Positions 16,503 through 25,379 of a stretch of DNA of 32,525 bases are shown here, in pieces (position 1 is the stretch's first letter; each line of letters starts with the position of its first letter). The notes beneath the pieces were generated by a model. It had not been told where the DNA came from, made no database searches, and was given only the letters and a program-made list of their open reading frames with translations. The translations under genes and the position numbers were made by a program. The stretch spans positions 1 through 32,525 of the forward strand of contig JAITWN010000165.1 in assembly GCA_031285245.1 (NCBI GenBank). Direction: 5' to 3'. The stretch is from Chromatiales bacterium (GTDB taxonomy: Bacteria > Pseudomonadota > Gammaproteobacteria > SZUA-140).

Positions 16503-17096
16503 TCACTCGCTCGGCGCATTGCCTTTTTCTTGCGGCACTTCTTTCTCGCGTACATCACTGTACTTTTCTTTCCAGGACTCCGGAGCAAAATTTTTCAGCA
16601 TATTATCCACGAACGCCGATTCGCCCTTGGGCGGGGCAGGCGCCGACGGAGAGCCTTGATCTGATTTGAGCTCTGAGAGGAAAATCGAGATTAATCGCAA
16701 TTCTTCAGAAGGTAGCAAAGACACAGAGGCGGCCTCTTTGGGAGGATAGCCATGATCAAATGTCTTTGCGCCATAAACTGCCTCTGGGTCACGCAGGAAG
16801 TTGTAGATCCATTCCTGAGTCCGACGCGAACCTAGGCCATCGAGTGACAAGCCCATGTTGGTGCCGTTGCGCATCGCTCGATGGCAAGCAGTACAACGAT
16901 GGGTGCGGAAAAGTTCTGACCCGCGTTGACCATCTGCGGAAAGATCGAAGTGAGTGGTGACCTCAAACACTGCCCCGCTGGCACGCAAGCGGTAGGCTTC
17001 TAAAGCGAGGTATGCAAGCACCGCAAAGCCAATGAAAGCTATAGCGATACCGAACAGGATCTTTTCTCCCTGCTTTAATGACTGTCCGCCGGCCAT
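16503..17096 (-). CDS. Membrane-anchored monoheme cytochrome c (CcoO/NorC-like)
   Basis: N-terminal TM helix, CTACH, GLSLDGLGSRRTQEWIYNFLRDP. Confidence 0.85.
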   Translation of the reverse strand: MAGGQSLKQGEKILFGIAIAFIGFAVLAYLALEAYRLRASGAVFEVTTHFDLSADGQRGSELFRTHRCTACHRAMRNGTNMGLSLDGLGSRRTQEWIYNFLRDPEAVYGAKTFDHGYPPKEAASVSLLPSEELRLISIFLSELKSDQGSPSAPAPPKGESAFVDNMLKNFAPESWKEKYSDVREKEVPQEKGNAPSE

Positions 17097-17122
17097 GGCG
17101 CGATTATCCAGTAATAGCAGCC

Positions 17123-17136
17123 TTGATGCAAATTAA
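17123..17136. promoter_or_regulatory. FNR/ANR-type binding site
   Basis: TTGAT-GCAA-ATTAA (9/10 match) inside the longer imperfect palindrome GCCTTGAT..ATTAAGGC, between the terminator and ATG 17096. Confidence 0.6.
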
Positions 17137-17153
17137 GGCACTGATGAGAAAAC

Positions 17154-17178
17154 AAAAAAGGGCGGGTAACCCCGCCCT
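17154..17178 (-). terminator. Rho-independent terminator of the cytochrome c4 gene
   Basis: Minus strand AGGGCGGG-gtta-CCCGCCCT followed by a T run. Confidence 0.85.
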
Positions 17179-17239
17179 CTTGATCAGCCACCACATTGCC
17201 GGCTATCGACACCGGCAGCGTGGGGCTTATTTCATGTAC

Positions 17240-18013
17240 TTACTTCCCCCGGACGGAGACGTGACGCTCCGGGCGACGATAATTGCCCAACGTATACGGC
17301 GAAGCACCCGTCAAGAACGCCGCAGCATTATGGATGTCCTCATCGGTCATCTTGCGCGCTACTTTCTGCATCTGCTCAAGCGGGTCGTTGTTGCGACTGC
17401 CATCGCGCCAGTTGGTCAACTGGTTAACGAGGTAAACGTACTTCTGCTGACCGATCATGGGATAAATCGGCTCAACACCACGGCCATTGTAATCATGGCA
17501 AGAACGGCAGGCAGGAATATCACGCTCCGACACACCAAAGCTGACGATTCTCAAACCTTGAGCAGGATCACCAACGGTAACGCCTGCTTCTCTCAACGCT
17601 TTGAGATTGGAAGAACCCGTAGCTGATATCTTAGGGTCATGAGCCAAGCTGCTCACGTAGGCAGCCACATCGCGGCGATCTTCACTAGTCAGCTGCTTGG
17701 CGAAGATAGGCATCACCACACCCGCGCCGATACCAGCACGCCGATCTGTCGCAAAATCCTCTAACTGCTTGACTATAAATTCCACAACTTGACCGGCAAG
17801 ACGGGGAGTTCCCAGATTATCATTCCCCATTGCGTCCTCTTCGTGGCAAGACATACAAGCTGGCACATCGCCCTTGCCGTTTCTGAAGATGGACTGACCG
17901 TTCTCCAAACTGGCCGTTACGAAGCCGCCCCCCGCGGCCTGGACCTGCGCTACCGCGCTGACGGCGATAATCGCACCGGTGAGCATCGAAGCCAGGGTCG
18001 TTAAGCGTCGCAT
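17240..18013 (-). CDS. Periplasmic diheme cytochrome c4 (Cyc1-like)
   Basis: Sec signal peptide; CMSCH and CRSCH; PRLAGQ and YPMIGQQ motifs; candidate axial Mets (VMP, QMQ). Confidence 0.92.
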   Translation of the reverse strand: MRRLTTLASMLTGAIIAVSAVAQVQAAGGGFVTASLENGQSIFRNGKGDVPACMSCHEEDAMGNDNLGTPRLAGQVVEFIVKQLEDFATDRRAGIGAGVVMPIFAKQLTSEDRRDVAAYVSSLAHDPKISATGSSNLKALREAGVTVGDPAQGLRIVSFGVSERDIPACRSCHDYNGRGVEPIYPMIGQQKYVYLVNQLTNWRDGSRNNDPLEQMQKVARKMTDEDIHNAAAFLTGASPYTLGNYRRPERHVSVRGK

Positions 18014-18064
18014 TGGATCCCTCTCAAGAAGTTTTCTTATGTACGTTCAAGCAGCAGATGGCGC

Positions 18065-18093
18065 ATGATACGTACGTGAATATGAAGCGTCAA
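18065..18093 (-). promoter_or_regulatory. sigma70 promoter for the cytochrome c4 gene
   Basis: Minus strand TTGACG (18093-18088), 17-nt spacer, TATCAT (18070-18065), about 50 nt upstream of ATG 18013. Confidence 0.7.
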
Positions 18094-18175
18094 ATCGTTT
18101 GTCGCGCCGCCGCAGCAATTCCGCATGCATCCATACCCCAGGAGAAAGCCTCCTTGAGCAGGGTAAATGCGGTAC

Positions 18176-18265
18176 TCAGGAATTCTTCTTCAGCAGGAAA
18201 GCTGCGAAGCCCAGAGCGAGCGGGAACCAAACGGCATAAATGATAAGTACCTGGCCTGTCGACAT
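18176..18265 (-). CDS. 29-aa single-TM microprotein MSTGQVLIIYAVWFPLALGFAAFLLKKNS (not in ORF track)
   Basis: Translated by hand. Purine-rich AAAGGGGGG 5 nt upstream; clean hydrophobic helix followed by KK. Confidence 0.62.
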   Translation of the reverse strand: MSTGQVLIIYAVWFPLALGFAAFLLKKNS

Positions 18266-18480
18266 CGCTACCCCCCTTTAACATATATCTTTAACGACAT
18301 CTCGGTGGCTGCATGGTTTGCTTGCGCAGCCCCGACTTTTATTCTGAGCGGTCTGTATATCATGGGATATTTTTCATTGCAAGCCCGCAATAACTCTGTC
18401 GTCATGCCGCTGCACAAAGATGATCTCCCGCGACACACGCGCTAGAATCCAGCGCGTTTTCTAAATCAGCAGAGATACGA

Positions 18481-19914
18481 ATGAGCTTCATCGCACGCAG
18501 CAAAGACTGGCTCTCTCAAGCCTCGGCAAGGTACTGGGGCGTAATTGCACTCGCTTTGTGGGGGGCAGCGGTTTTTGCCTTCGGGCTGCTGCGTCTCGAC
18601 ACCCACGGCGCTGAAGAAGCCGGCGCGCGCGCGCTGCTCTTGGTGTGGTCCGTTGGTGAGCGCATCGCCAGCACGGTGGTTATTCTCGGACTGCCGGATC
18701 TACGCGCACTATTGCAAATTCCGCTCGGCGCCTACTGGCCCGGCAGTATGGTGGCCGCAAAAGTATACGCGCTGCTCATCACCGCCATTGCCGCCGCCAT
18801 GCTGTATCGCTGGAGTCGGCGCGAACATGGCCCGGAAACCGCACTCATCGCCACCGGGCTGCTGTTGATCACCCCCATCACGATCGCCCAGGTAGACGCC
18901 CTCGGCGCCGGCCCCTATCTCCTGCTCGTCTTCGCAGTCGGCGCATGGCTCGACCGCACCTACCGCCGCGTACAACGCCCGCTGGGCGGCTGGTTTTTCC
19001 TGCAACTGCTATGGATCATGATCGCAGTCAGCATTCACCCTGCTGCCATTGCTTATCCACTCGCGCTGCTGTGGCAATGGAAAATAGACCCGATAGATGG
19101 GCGTCATCAACGCCATCAATACATCGGCATCACCCTGGCACTGATCTTCGTGCTGGTGCTGCGCAAGGGATGGCCAGCATTGCACTGGCTAGGCAACCCT
19201 CTGACCGCGCTTTCAAGCGCCGTGCTCGGGCAGGAATTCCAGGGTGAAACGCTGCCATTGCTGGTGGGAATCACCGTTGTCGCATTTCTGGTCTACCTGC
19301 TGATCGCCGAAAGAAAGCGCCTGACCACAGAACCGCTAACACGCATGCTCCTGATCGGCATGCTCATCGGCACCCTCTGCGCTGATGGCCCATGGGCCAT
19401 GCTGTGTCTCGCCGTCGCCCTCTACTTCGGCATCGCACGCCTCATCGCATTCAATCAAGCGTTTGGCAGTACGGGCTTGAGCGGTCAACGCGGCATCGTG
19501 CTGCTCGCCATATTTGTCGCATCCACATTATTCATGCAGGCGCAGAAGGCTCACCACCAGGCCATTGTGCAAAATCTGCTACCGCCAGTGGACCAGCTCA
19601 TTCTTACCTTCAGCGTAGAAATCGAGGACACCGATGCAGACGCCGCTCACATCGTGACAATGAGCCAATGGCCGGGCAAAACCATGCTTGCCACCCGACG
19701 CCCAGCGCTGCCATTACCACCGCCCTTCGCAGACAGTCAGACGCTATTGGGAAAAATCAGCGGAGTAAGCTATCTGCTCTTCAATCCGAAGCAACCCGCG
19801 AACACGGCCCTAGCAGCTCAGCTCGCCGAGCTTACCGGCGTTACAGAAACCTTATTGCTGGAAGAAGGCGGCGCAGTCGTGCATTTCAGGCAGTCACCCA
19901 CCGAATCGCCCTAG
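18481..19914 (+). CDS. Polytopic membrane protein, possibly GT-C (ArnT/PMT-like) glycosyltransferase
   Basis: About 11-13 TM helices plus a C-terminal soluble domain; pattern 'ALIATGLLLITP'; family assignment is tentative. Confidence 0.6.
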   Translation: MSFIARSKDWLSQASARYWGVIALALWGAAVFAFGLLRLDTHGAEEAGARALLLVWSVGERIASTVVILGLPDLRALLQIPLGAYWPGSMVAAKVYALLITAIAAAMLYRWSRREHGPETALIATGLLLITPITIAQVDALGAGPYLLLVFAVGAWLDRTYRRVQRPLGGWFFLQLLWIMIAVSIHPAAIAYPLALLWQWKIDPIDGRHQRHQYIGITLALIFVLVLRKGWPALHWLGNPLTALSSAVLGQEFQGETLPLLVGITVVAFLVYLLIAERKRLTTEPLTRMLLIGMLIGTLCADGPWAMLCLAVALYFGIARLIAFNQAFGSTGLSGQRGIVLLAIFVASTLFMQAQKAHHQAIVQNLLPPVDQLILTFSVEIEDTDADAAHIVTMSQWPGKTMLATRRPALPLPPPFADSQTLLGKISGVSYLLFNPKQPANTALAAQLAELTGVTETLLLEEGGAVVHFRQSPTESP

Positions 19915-19965
19915 CTTCATCGCGCTGACCAGCGGATAAATCTGACGCTACAACCAGAGCCGGAT

Positions 19966-20430
19966 TTATCCGCCACCCTCTGTATCCGCCTTGATGCCAC
20001 GCTGATAGACCATAATCGAGCCGATGCGCAGCGCGGTCAGCACCAACAGCAGCGCACTCATGGCATAGATATCCACAGGCGAGATCTGATGCTCGAACAA
20101 CTGAATCATCACCTCCCGCAGCACGAATACGATCGCCGCATCGACGATAAACGTCATGCGTAGACGAGCGGAATTGAAATATTCAACGAGCGAGCGCGAA
20201 AGCTCGATGAGAATGAACAACGTCAATACGTCGGAAATGATGCGCTGAAAATCACTGGCGAGTTCGCGCTGCACAAACAGATCGCCCACCGTCATGAACA
20301 TGCGCACCATGCCAATGATGATGCTGAAGGTCAAAAACGCGATCATGACACTGAAAACGATATTGAGCGTCCAATTGAAAATCGCCTTGACACGATTCGC
20401 GCCTACTAACCCGCCGATCAATTTCACCAT
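19966..20430 (-). CDS. psiE: PsiE-family membrane protein
   Basis: ISDVLTLFILIELSRSLVEYF...FIVDAAIVFVLRE motif, 4 TM helices. Confidence 0.8.
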   Translation of the reverse strand: MVKLIGGLVGANRVKAIFNWTLNIVFSVMIAFLTFSIIIGMVRMFMTVGDLFVQRELASDFQRIISDVLTLFILIELSRSLVEYFNSARLRMTFIVDAAIVFVLREVMIQLFEHQISPVDIYAMSALLLVLTALRIGSIMVYQRGIKADTEGGG

Positions 20431-20495
20431 TGCGCTGATTCCTTACTGACGCCTGCTGGATAGTTTGCCAATATCGCGACTCTGATTGTCGCCGC

Positions 20496-21314
20496 TCAGC
20501 TCTGACAGCTGGAACAGAAATACGAAGAGCGCTGCGCCTGGCGAATGGAGCGGATCGGCGCGCCACAGCTCAGGCATGGTTCGCCCTCGCGACCATACAC
20601 CGCGAGACGCTGCGCGAAATAGCCCGGACGACCATCACCGCCGCTAAAGTCGCGCAGCGTAGTGCCGCCCTGACGAATCGCTTCACGCAAGACTATCTGG
20701 ATCTGCTGTGCAAGCCGTTCATAACGCGCCATCGAAATACGGCCAGCCGCGCGCTGCGGATGAATGCCAGCTTGAAAAAGCGCTTCGCTCGCATAGATGT
20801 TGCCCACGCCGACCACGACATGCGCATCCATGATGAACGTTTTCACCGCAGAGCGCCGGCCACACGACAACGCGTACAGATGAGCACCATTAAACCCTTC
20901 TTCCAACGGCTCGGGGCCAAGCTTGGCGAGTAACACATGGGAGTAAGGATCTTCCCGCGTCCATAACGCGAGCCCAAAACGACGCGGGTCGCGCAAACGC
21001 ACGATGACTTCGTCATCAAAAACAAGATCCAAATGATCGTGAACGCCGGGCGCAGGCGCATCCGCACCAAGTACGCGCAAACTCCCCGACATGCCAAGAT
21101 GCATGATCAAAGTGCCGGCAGCGCTACGCAGCAGCAGATACTTACCGCGCCGCACGACATCATCTACCACCTGTCCGGTGAAATCACTCTCAAGCGCACT
21201 TGAAATCGGCTGACGTAAACGCCTCTCCCGCACTCTCACCGCCGTCACCCGCCGCTCACACACATGCGGCATGATCCCACGGCAAGTGGTTTCGACTTCG
21301 GGCAGTTCAGGCAT
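20496..21314 (-). CDS. mutM: Formamidopyrimidine-DNA glycosylase
   Basis: MPELPEVET, RRGKYL, HLGMSG, GNIYASEALF and C-terminal zinc finger. Confidence 0.98.
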   Translation of the reverse strand: MPELPEVETTCRGIMPHVCERRVTAVRVRERRLRQPISSALESDFTGQVVDDVVRRGKYLLLRSAAGTLIMHLGMSGSLRVLGADAPAPGVHDHLDLVFDDEVIVRLRDPRRFGLALWTREDPYSHVLLAKLGPEPLEEGFNGAHLYALSCGRRSAVKTFIMDAHVVVGVGNIYASEALFQAGIHPQRAAGRISMARYERLAQQIQIVLREAIRQGGTTLRDFSGGDGRPGYFAQRLAVYGREGEPCLSCGAPIRSIRQAQRSSYFCSSCQS

Positions 21315-21322
21315 AGGAAAAA

Positions 21323-22201
21323 TTACTGTGCATCATCAAGGGGAGGAACATTGCTGTTTTGCAGCATGGGCAATAGCTGCCTCGCCTGCTCTTCCGTCAA
21401 CACGTAGCAGATACCAAGATCAGCCCGCACCAGCAGCAAGTCCGCATCGCGCTCACGCACTTCGAAACGAATATCTTCGCCCGCTTCAAAACCAATCCGC
21501 ACCGCGCCGATACCAACCGCGCTCGCATCCGCCGGCTCCACCGCCAGCGCCTGCGCATTGCGCCATTCATCAACCAGCTCATTAATCGCATCAGGCGTGA
21601 AACCATCAGCAGGAGACGCCGTCCATCTTCCACCCTCACCATGAGTCAGCGCGAGACCAGGTAATTCAATCATCACTGGATGACTGTTTGGCGACAGCAA
21701 CTGCGTCGACACAAACGACGTATAGTCGGTTTGAAGCCGGAACAGGTAGAGATCATCAGTCAGGTGAATGGTATCTCCCACCTGGATATAACGCCGATGA
21801 TCGAGAGGTTCGCTACCACCAAAAGCGATACGTAAATCGTCGGCTTCAAGCACCGCGCTCGGCGGATCGAGTCCATACTCGCGCAAATCACGCCCGATAG
21901 CGCCAAAGTGCGCTTGACTCGCTGTTTCCAGCACGCGCAACAACGCGTCGATACGAAATTCATTGGCATACACGTGCAGCGGTGCATCCATCCGCCACAT
22001 ACCCTGGCTCTTATCGAGACTGACCGGGGCGCGATTGGAAGCTGGCCACTCTATGATAAGCCGCGTAACTTCATTGGCATGAAGCGGCGTAAGCGGCTGC
22101 GCTTTGACAGACGGCACATCCCCTGGCTGCTTCCACACCAAAGCAGCCAGCGCGAGAACGATCAACAGCAGAACGAAATTGAGTACCAGCCTACGATTCA
22201 T
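21323..22201 (-). CDS. DUF4340-domain protein
   Basis: N-terminal TM anchor, W.M..P and YGLDPP motifs; usual position after a GldG-like gene. Confidence 0.8.
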   Translation of the reverse strand: MNRRLVLNFVLLLIVLALAALVWKQPGDVPSVKAQPLTPLHANEVTRLIIEWPASNRAPVSLDKSQGMWRMDAPLHVYANEFRIDALLRVLETASQAHFGAIGRDLREYGLDPPSAVLEADDLRIAFGGSEPLDHRRYIQVGDTIHLTDDLYLFRLQTDYTSFVSTQLLSPNSHPVMIELPGLALTHGEGGRWTASPADGFTPDAINELVDEWRNAQALAVEPADASAVGIGAVRIGFEAGEDIRFEVRERDADLLLVRADLGICYVLTEEQARQLLPMLQNSNVPPLDDAQ

Positions 22202-22219
22202 CGCACCAGCATCCTGTCA

Positions 22220-23599
22220 TCAGCGACGGCGACGTCCGAACCAGATGATGAACCCGCTGACCAGGAACAGTAGCGGCAACACCATGAGAAAACCAAAACC
22301 AATCGCTCCCATCGCAATCGGCGAAAGTTGCAGCGTCGCATCCGGCGTGATGCGCGCCGGAATAGCGATGAGATGATCATCCCCGCTCAACCAGTTGGCC
22401 ATATTGAGACCAAGCTGAAGATTACCCGCAAGACCAAGAAAGCTGTTAGAAAGAAAGTCGCCATCTGCAACCAGCAACACGCGCTGCACGGCGCTTCCAC
22501 CGCCCTCGGCTTGCGTCACATTGCGCGTCAGCGCCGCACCAATCACGAGCGGCCCGGGAAGATCCTGACCTTCATCGTAGCTGATCGTCCCTTGCGTTTC
22601 GTTGCGCTCCAGCCAGGCACTGGAAAGTGAATTGAGCAGCGCGGTTGCGGTCCATTCATCAGAACGCTCATAACTGATCGCACCGGCAACAGGGAACAGC
22701 GTGTTGTAATCGAAGTCGCGGGTAATCTCATGCGCGGGATAACTTGCGACCAGCGCCATGCGTGGATCGTTGGTACCGAACAGCATCATGCCGACCTGCG
22801 ATACCGCTGGATCAACGATGACACCAGACTCCCACGTCACGCCCAAGCGATGCGCCAGCGCATCGAGCCCCGGCGACGCATCAGGATCACGCAACCACAG
22901 CAATCTACCGCCACCATCGACATACTTGACGATGCGTTCAACCTCCGCTGGCAACAATGGGATCTGCGCAGATGCAATGACGAGCACCGCATCTTTTGGC
23001 AACGCACGCCCAGCCTGCTCCAATAAATTGAAGCGCTCGACTTCAATGCCCTGTGCTTGCAGCTGCTTGGCCCAGGACGAAAGATCATAACTGGCACTGC
23101 CTTCAGGATCACGCTCGCCGTGCCCCGCGAGAAACAGCAAACGATGCTTCCCACCACGCGCAACGCGCTGTAGCGCATTACTCAGCGCGCTCTCGGAAAG
23201 TTCGCGCAAACGCTCAGACCTATCCTGATACTCGATCACCATCTCGCCATCCATGGTGATGCCGAGTTCGCGCACGCGCTGTGGCTCGACATCGGGATCA
23301 ACGAAAGTCAGATGCAGATCGGGTTTATGACGCTGATAGCGTTCCACCAAACCAGAGATACGCTTGCGCAACAACGGCTCTTCGCGCGCATATGCCACGA
23401 TCGTCAAATCGCCATGCAGTTCCTCAAGCAGCTTGACGCTTGCCTCCGACAGCGTGTTACGCCCGCTCGCGGTCCAGTCAGACTCATGAGCATAGTGGGT
23501 AGCAAGCCATCCGAGCAGGCCAACAGCGGCAGCAAGCAGCAGAGCGAACAGCACATCGTGCAGACGCAAGGCGAATTTCGTACCGCGAGTAACTTTCAT
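22220..23599 (-). CDS. GldG-like ABC transporter auxiliary component
   Basis: DWTASGRNTLS, GHGER, DGDFLSN motifs; N- and C-terminal TM helices. Confidence 0.88.
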   Translation of the reverse strand: MKVTRGTKFALRLHDVLFALLLAAAVGLLGWLATHYAHESDWTASGRNTLSEASVKLLEELHGDLTIVAYAREEPLLRKRISGLVERYQRHKPDLHLTFVDPDVEPQRVRELGITMDGEMVIEYQDRSERLRELSESALSNALQRVARGGKHRLLFLAGHGERDPEGSASYDLSSWAKQLQAQGIEVERFNLLEQAGRALPKDAVLVIASAQIPLLPAEVERIVKYVDGGGRLLWLRDPDASPGLDALAHRLGVTWESGVIVDPAVSQVGMMLFGTNDPRMALVASYPAHEITRDFDYNTLFPVAGAISYERSDEWTATALLNSLSSAWLERNETQGTISYDEGQDLPGPLVIGAALTRNVTQAEGGGSAVQRVLLVADGDFLSNSFLGLAGNLQLGLNMANWLSGDDHLIAIPARITPDATLQLSPIAMGAIGFGFLMVLPLLFLVSGFIIWFGRRRR

Positions 23600-23605
23600 G
23601 CGAAA

Positions 23606-24346
23606 TCAGTGCTGCAAACGGTAGGAATCAAGGCGGCGCACGCTGAGCGCGAGGAAAGCGAAGATGACGATCAGATAGTACGCGATATCCCGCGTACTGA
23701 CGATGCCACGTAATAGCGGTTCGTAATGGCGGACTATCGACAACGCAGCAAATACCTTGCTATCGCCATTCCAATCCACGATCCACAGCATCAGCAATGC
23801 GCCAAAAGTGGCGATCGCCGCAACGACAGGTTGCGCAGTCAATGCAGACATGAACAAGCCGATCGCAGCAAACGCTGCCAACATCAAAAAAAGCCCGAAC
23901 AGCCCAGAGAAGAGTAAACCGAAATCGAGCGCGCCACCACTTAGCAACGACAGTGGCATCAGCGCGATCAACACCATCATCACCGCGATGAAGCCAAGCG
24001 TACCGAGATATTTCCCCAACACGATTTCGGTCATCGACACTGGCGCCGAGAACAACAAACTGAGCGTGCGATTACGTAGCTCATCGGAAATCAGACGCAT
24101 GGTCAGCAGCGGCACGATCAAGAGCAGCACCAGCGCTGCATTGCCAAAGAACGGCCCAACCACAATTTCAGTCACACCAGGTGCATCGGCAGTTACCGCC
24201 AGACGCGGCTGCAACTGCAGAAAAAAGTCCACCTGAGTCGTAAACATATAACCGAGGATGATCTGAATCACTGCAAGCAGCACCCAGGCCAGCGGCGACA
24301 AAAAAAGGCTGCGCAGTTCGCGCCCCGCAATCGCCAGCACCATCAT
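23606..24346 (-). CDS. ABC-2 permease (GldF-like)
   Basis: RELRSLFLSPLAW, PLLTMRLISDE, IVLGKY. Confidence 0.9.
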   Translation of the reverse strand: MMVLAIAGRELRSLFLSPLAWVLLAVIQIILGYMFTTQVDFFLQLQPRLAVTADAPGVTEIVVGPFFGNAALVLLLIVPLLTMRLISDELRNRTLSLLFSAPVSMTEIVLGKYLGTLGFIAVMMVLIALMPLSLLSGGALDFGLLFSGLFGLFLMLAAFAAIGLFMSALTAQPVVAAIATFGALLMLWIVDWNGDSKVFAALSIVRHYEPLLRGIVSTRDIAYYLIVIFAFLALSVRRLDSYRLQH

Positions 24347-25320
24347 GCTGCTTCCTCGCGTGGCGAAGTATCCGTTGACGTATCGCTGGTGGTGATGTCA
24401 ACAAAAATCTCTTCGAGCGAGCGCCGTTCGCGACTGAGTTCATAAAGCTTCCAACCTTCAGTCGCCGCGCGCAGCGCCAGCCGCTCGGCGAACTCACCAC
24501 CTTCCGGCGCATGCCGTAACCGGACACGGCCACCACCGAGATCTTCGATCTGCGTTACTCCATCGAGCCCACTCAGCACGGCAATCGGCGGCGGATTGCG
24601 CAAACCCACTACAAGCCAGGACATCTGCGCACGCTGCTGCATTTCGGCAAGTGTATCGTCGAATACAAGGCGGCCACGATGCATGATCAGCACGCGATCA
24701 CACACCGCTTGCACCTCCGGGAGAATATGCGTTGAGAGAATGACGCTGTGCTCACCGCCAAGCTCTCGGATCAATCCACGGATTTCACGAATCTGAATGG
24801 GATCAAGACCAACAGTAGGCTCATCGAGAATAACGACTGCGGGCGCATGCACGATCGCCTGCGCAAGGCCAACACGCTGCTGATATCCCTTCGACAGATT
24901 ACCGATGAGACGACGACCGACTGCGCCGAGTCCGCAGCGCTCTTTGGTGCGCGCGATCGCTCCAGCACGGTGCTCGCGCGCTATACGATGTATGCGCGCG
25001 CAGTACGAGAGGTACTCATCGACCGTCAGATCGTGATAGAGCGGCGGTTGCTCAGGAAGAAAGCCGAGCTCTGCTTTTGCAGCGCGTGGCTCATCGAGGA
25101 TATCAACGCCATTGACGAAAACACGTCCCGCGCTCGGCGCGAGATTGCCGCTGATGACCTGCATGGTGGTGGATTTACCTGCGCCATTTGGCCCAAGAAA
25201 ACCCAGCACCTCACCGCGATGCACTTCGAAACTGATATCGGCAACCGCGCAGAGCGAACCGTAACTGCGCTCGAGATGCTCAACTTGAACCAAACTGGAA
25301 AACTGACGGTCGGTAGTCAT
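24343..25320 (-). CDS. ABC transporter ATP-binding protein (GldA-like)
   Basis: Walker A GPNGAGKST, signature LSKGYQQR, Walker B ILDEP, STHIL. Confidence 0.95.
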   Translation of the reverse strand: MTTDRQFSSLVQVEHLERSYGSLCAVADISFEVHRGEVLGFLGPNGAGKSTTMQVISGNLAPSAGRVFVNGVDILDEPRAAKAELGFLPEQPPLYHDLTVDEYLSYCARIHRIAREHRAGAIARTKERCGLGAVGRRLIGNLSKGYQQRVGLAQAIVHAPAVVILDEPTVGLDPIQIREIRGLIRELGGEHSVILSTHILPEVQAVCDRVLIMHRGRLVFDDTLAEMQQRAQMSWLVVGLRNPPPIAVLSGLDGVTQIEDLGGGRVRLRHAPEGGEFAERLALRAATEGWKLYELSRERRSLEEIFVDITTSDTSTDTSPREEAA

Positions 25321-25379
25321 GGCGGGGCATTATACCGAGCTTTGTGCGTTTACACTCTCTCGCCATTGATCACCGCACT

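Noticed and set aside
18377-18390. TTGCA-AGCC-CGCAA palindrome with FNR-like geometry
   Set aside because: Only 6/10 match to the consensus.
18013-18445. Track ORFs 18013..18243, 18090..18284 and 18167..18445
   Set aside because: No motifs; they overlap the c4 promoter region or the better-supported 29-aa ORF.
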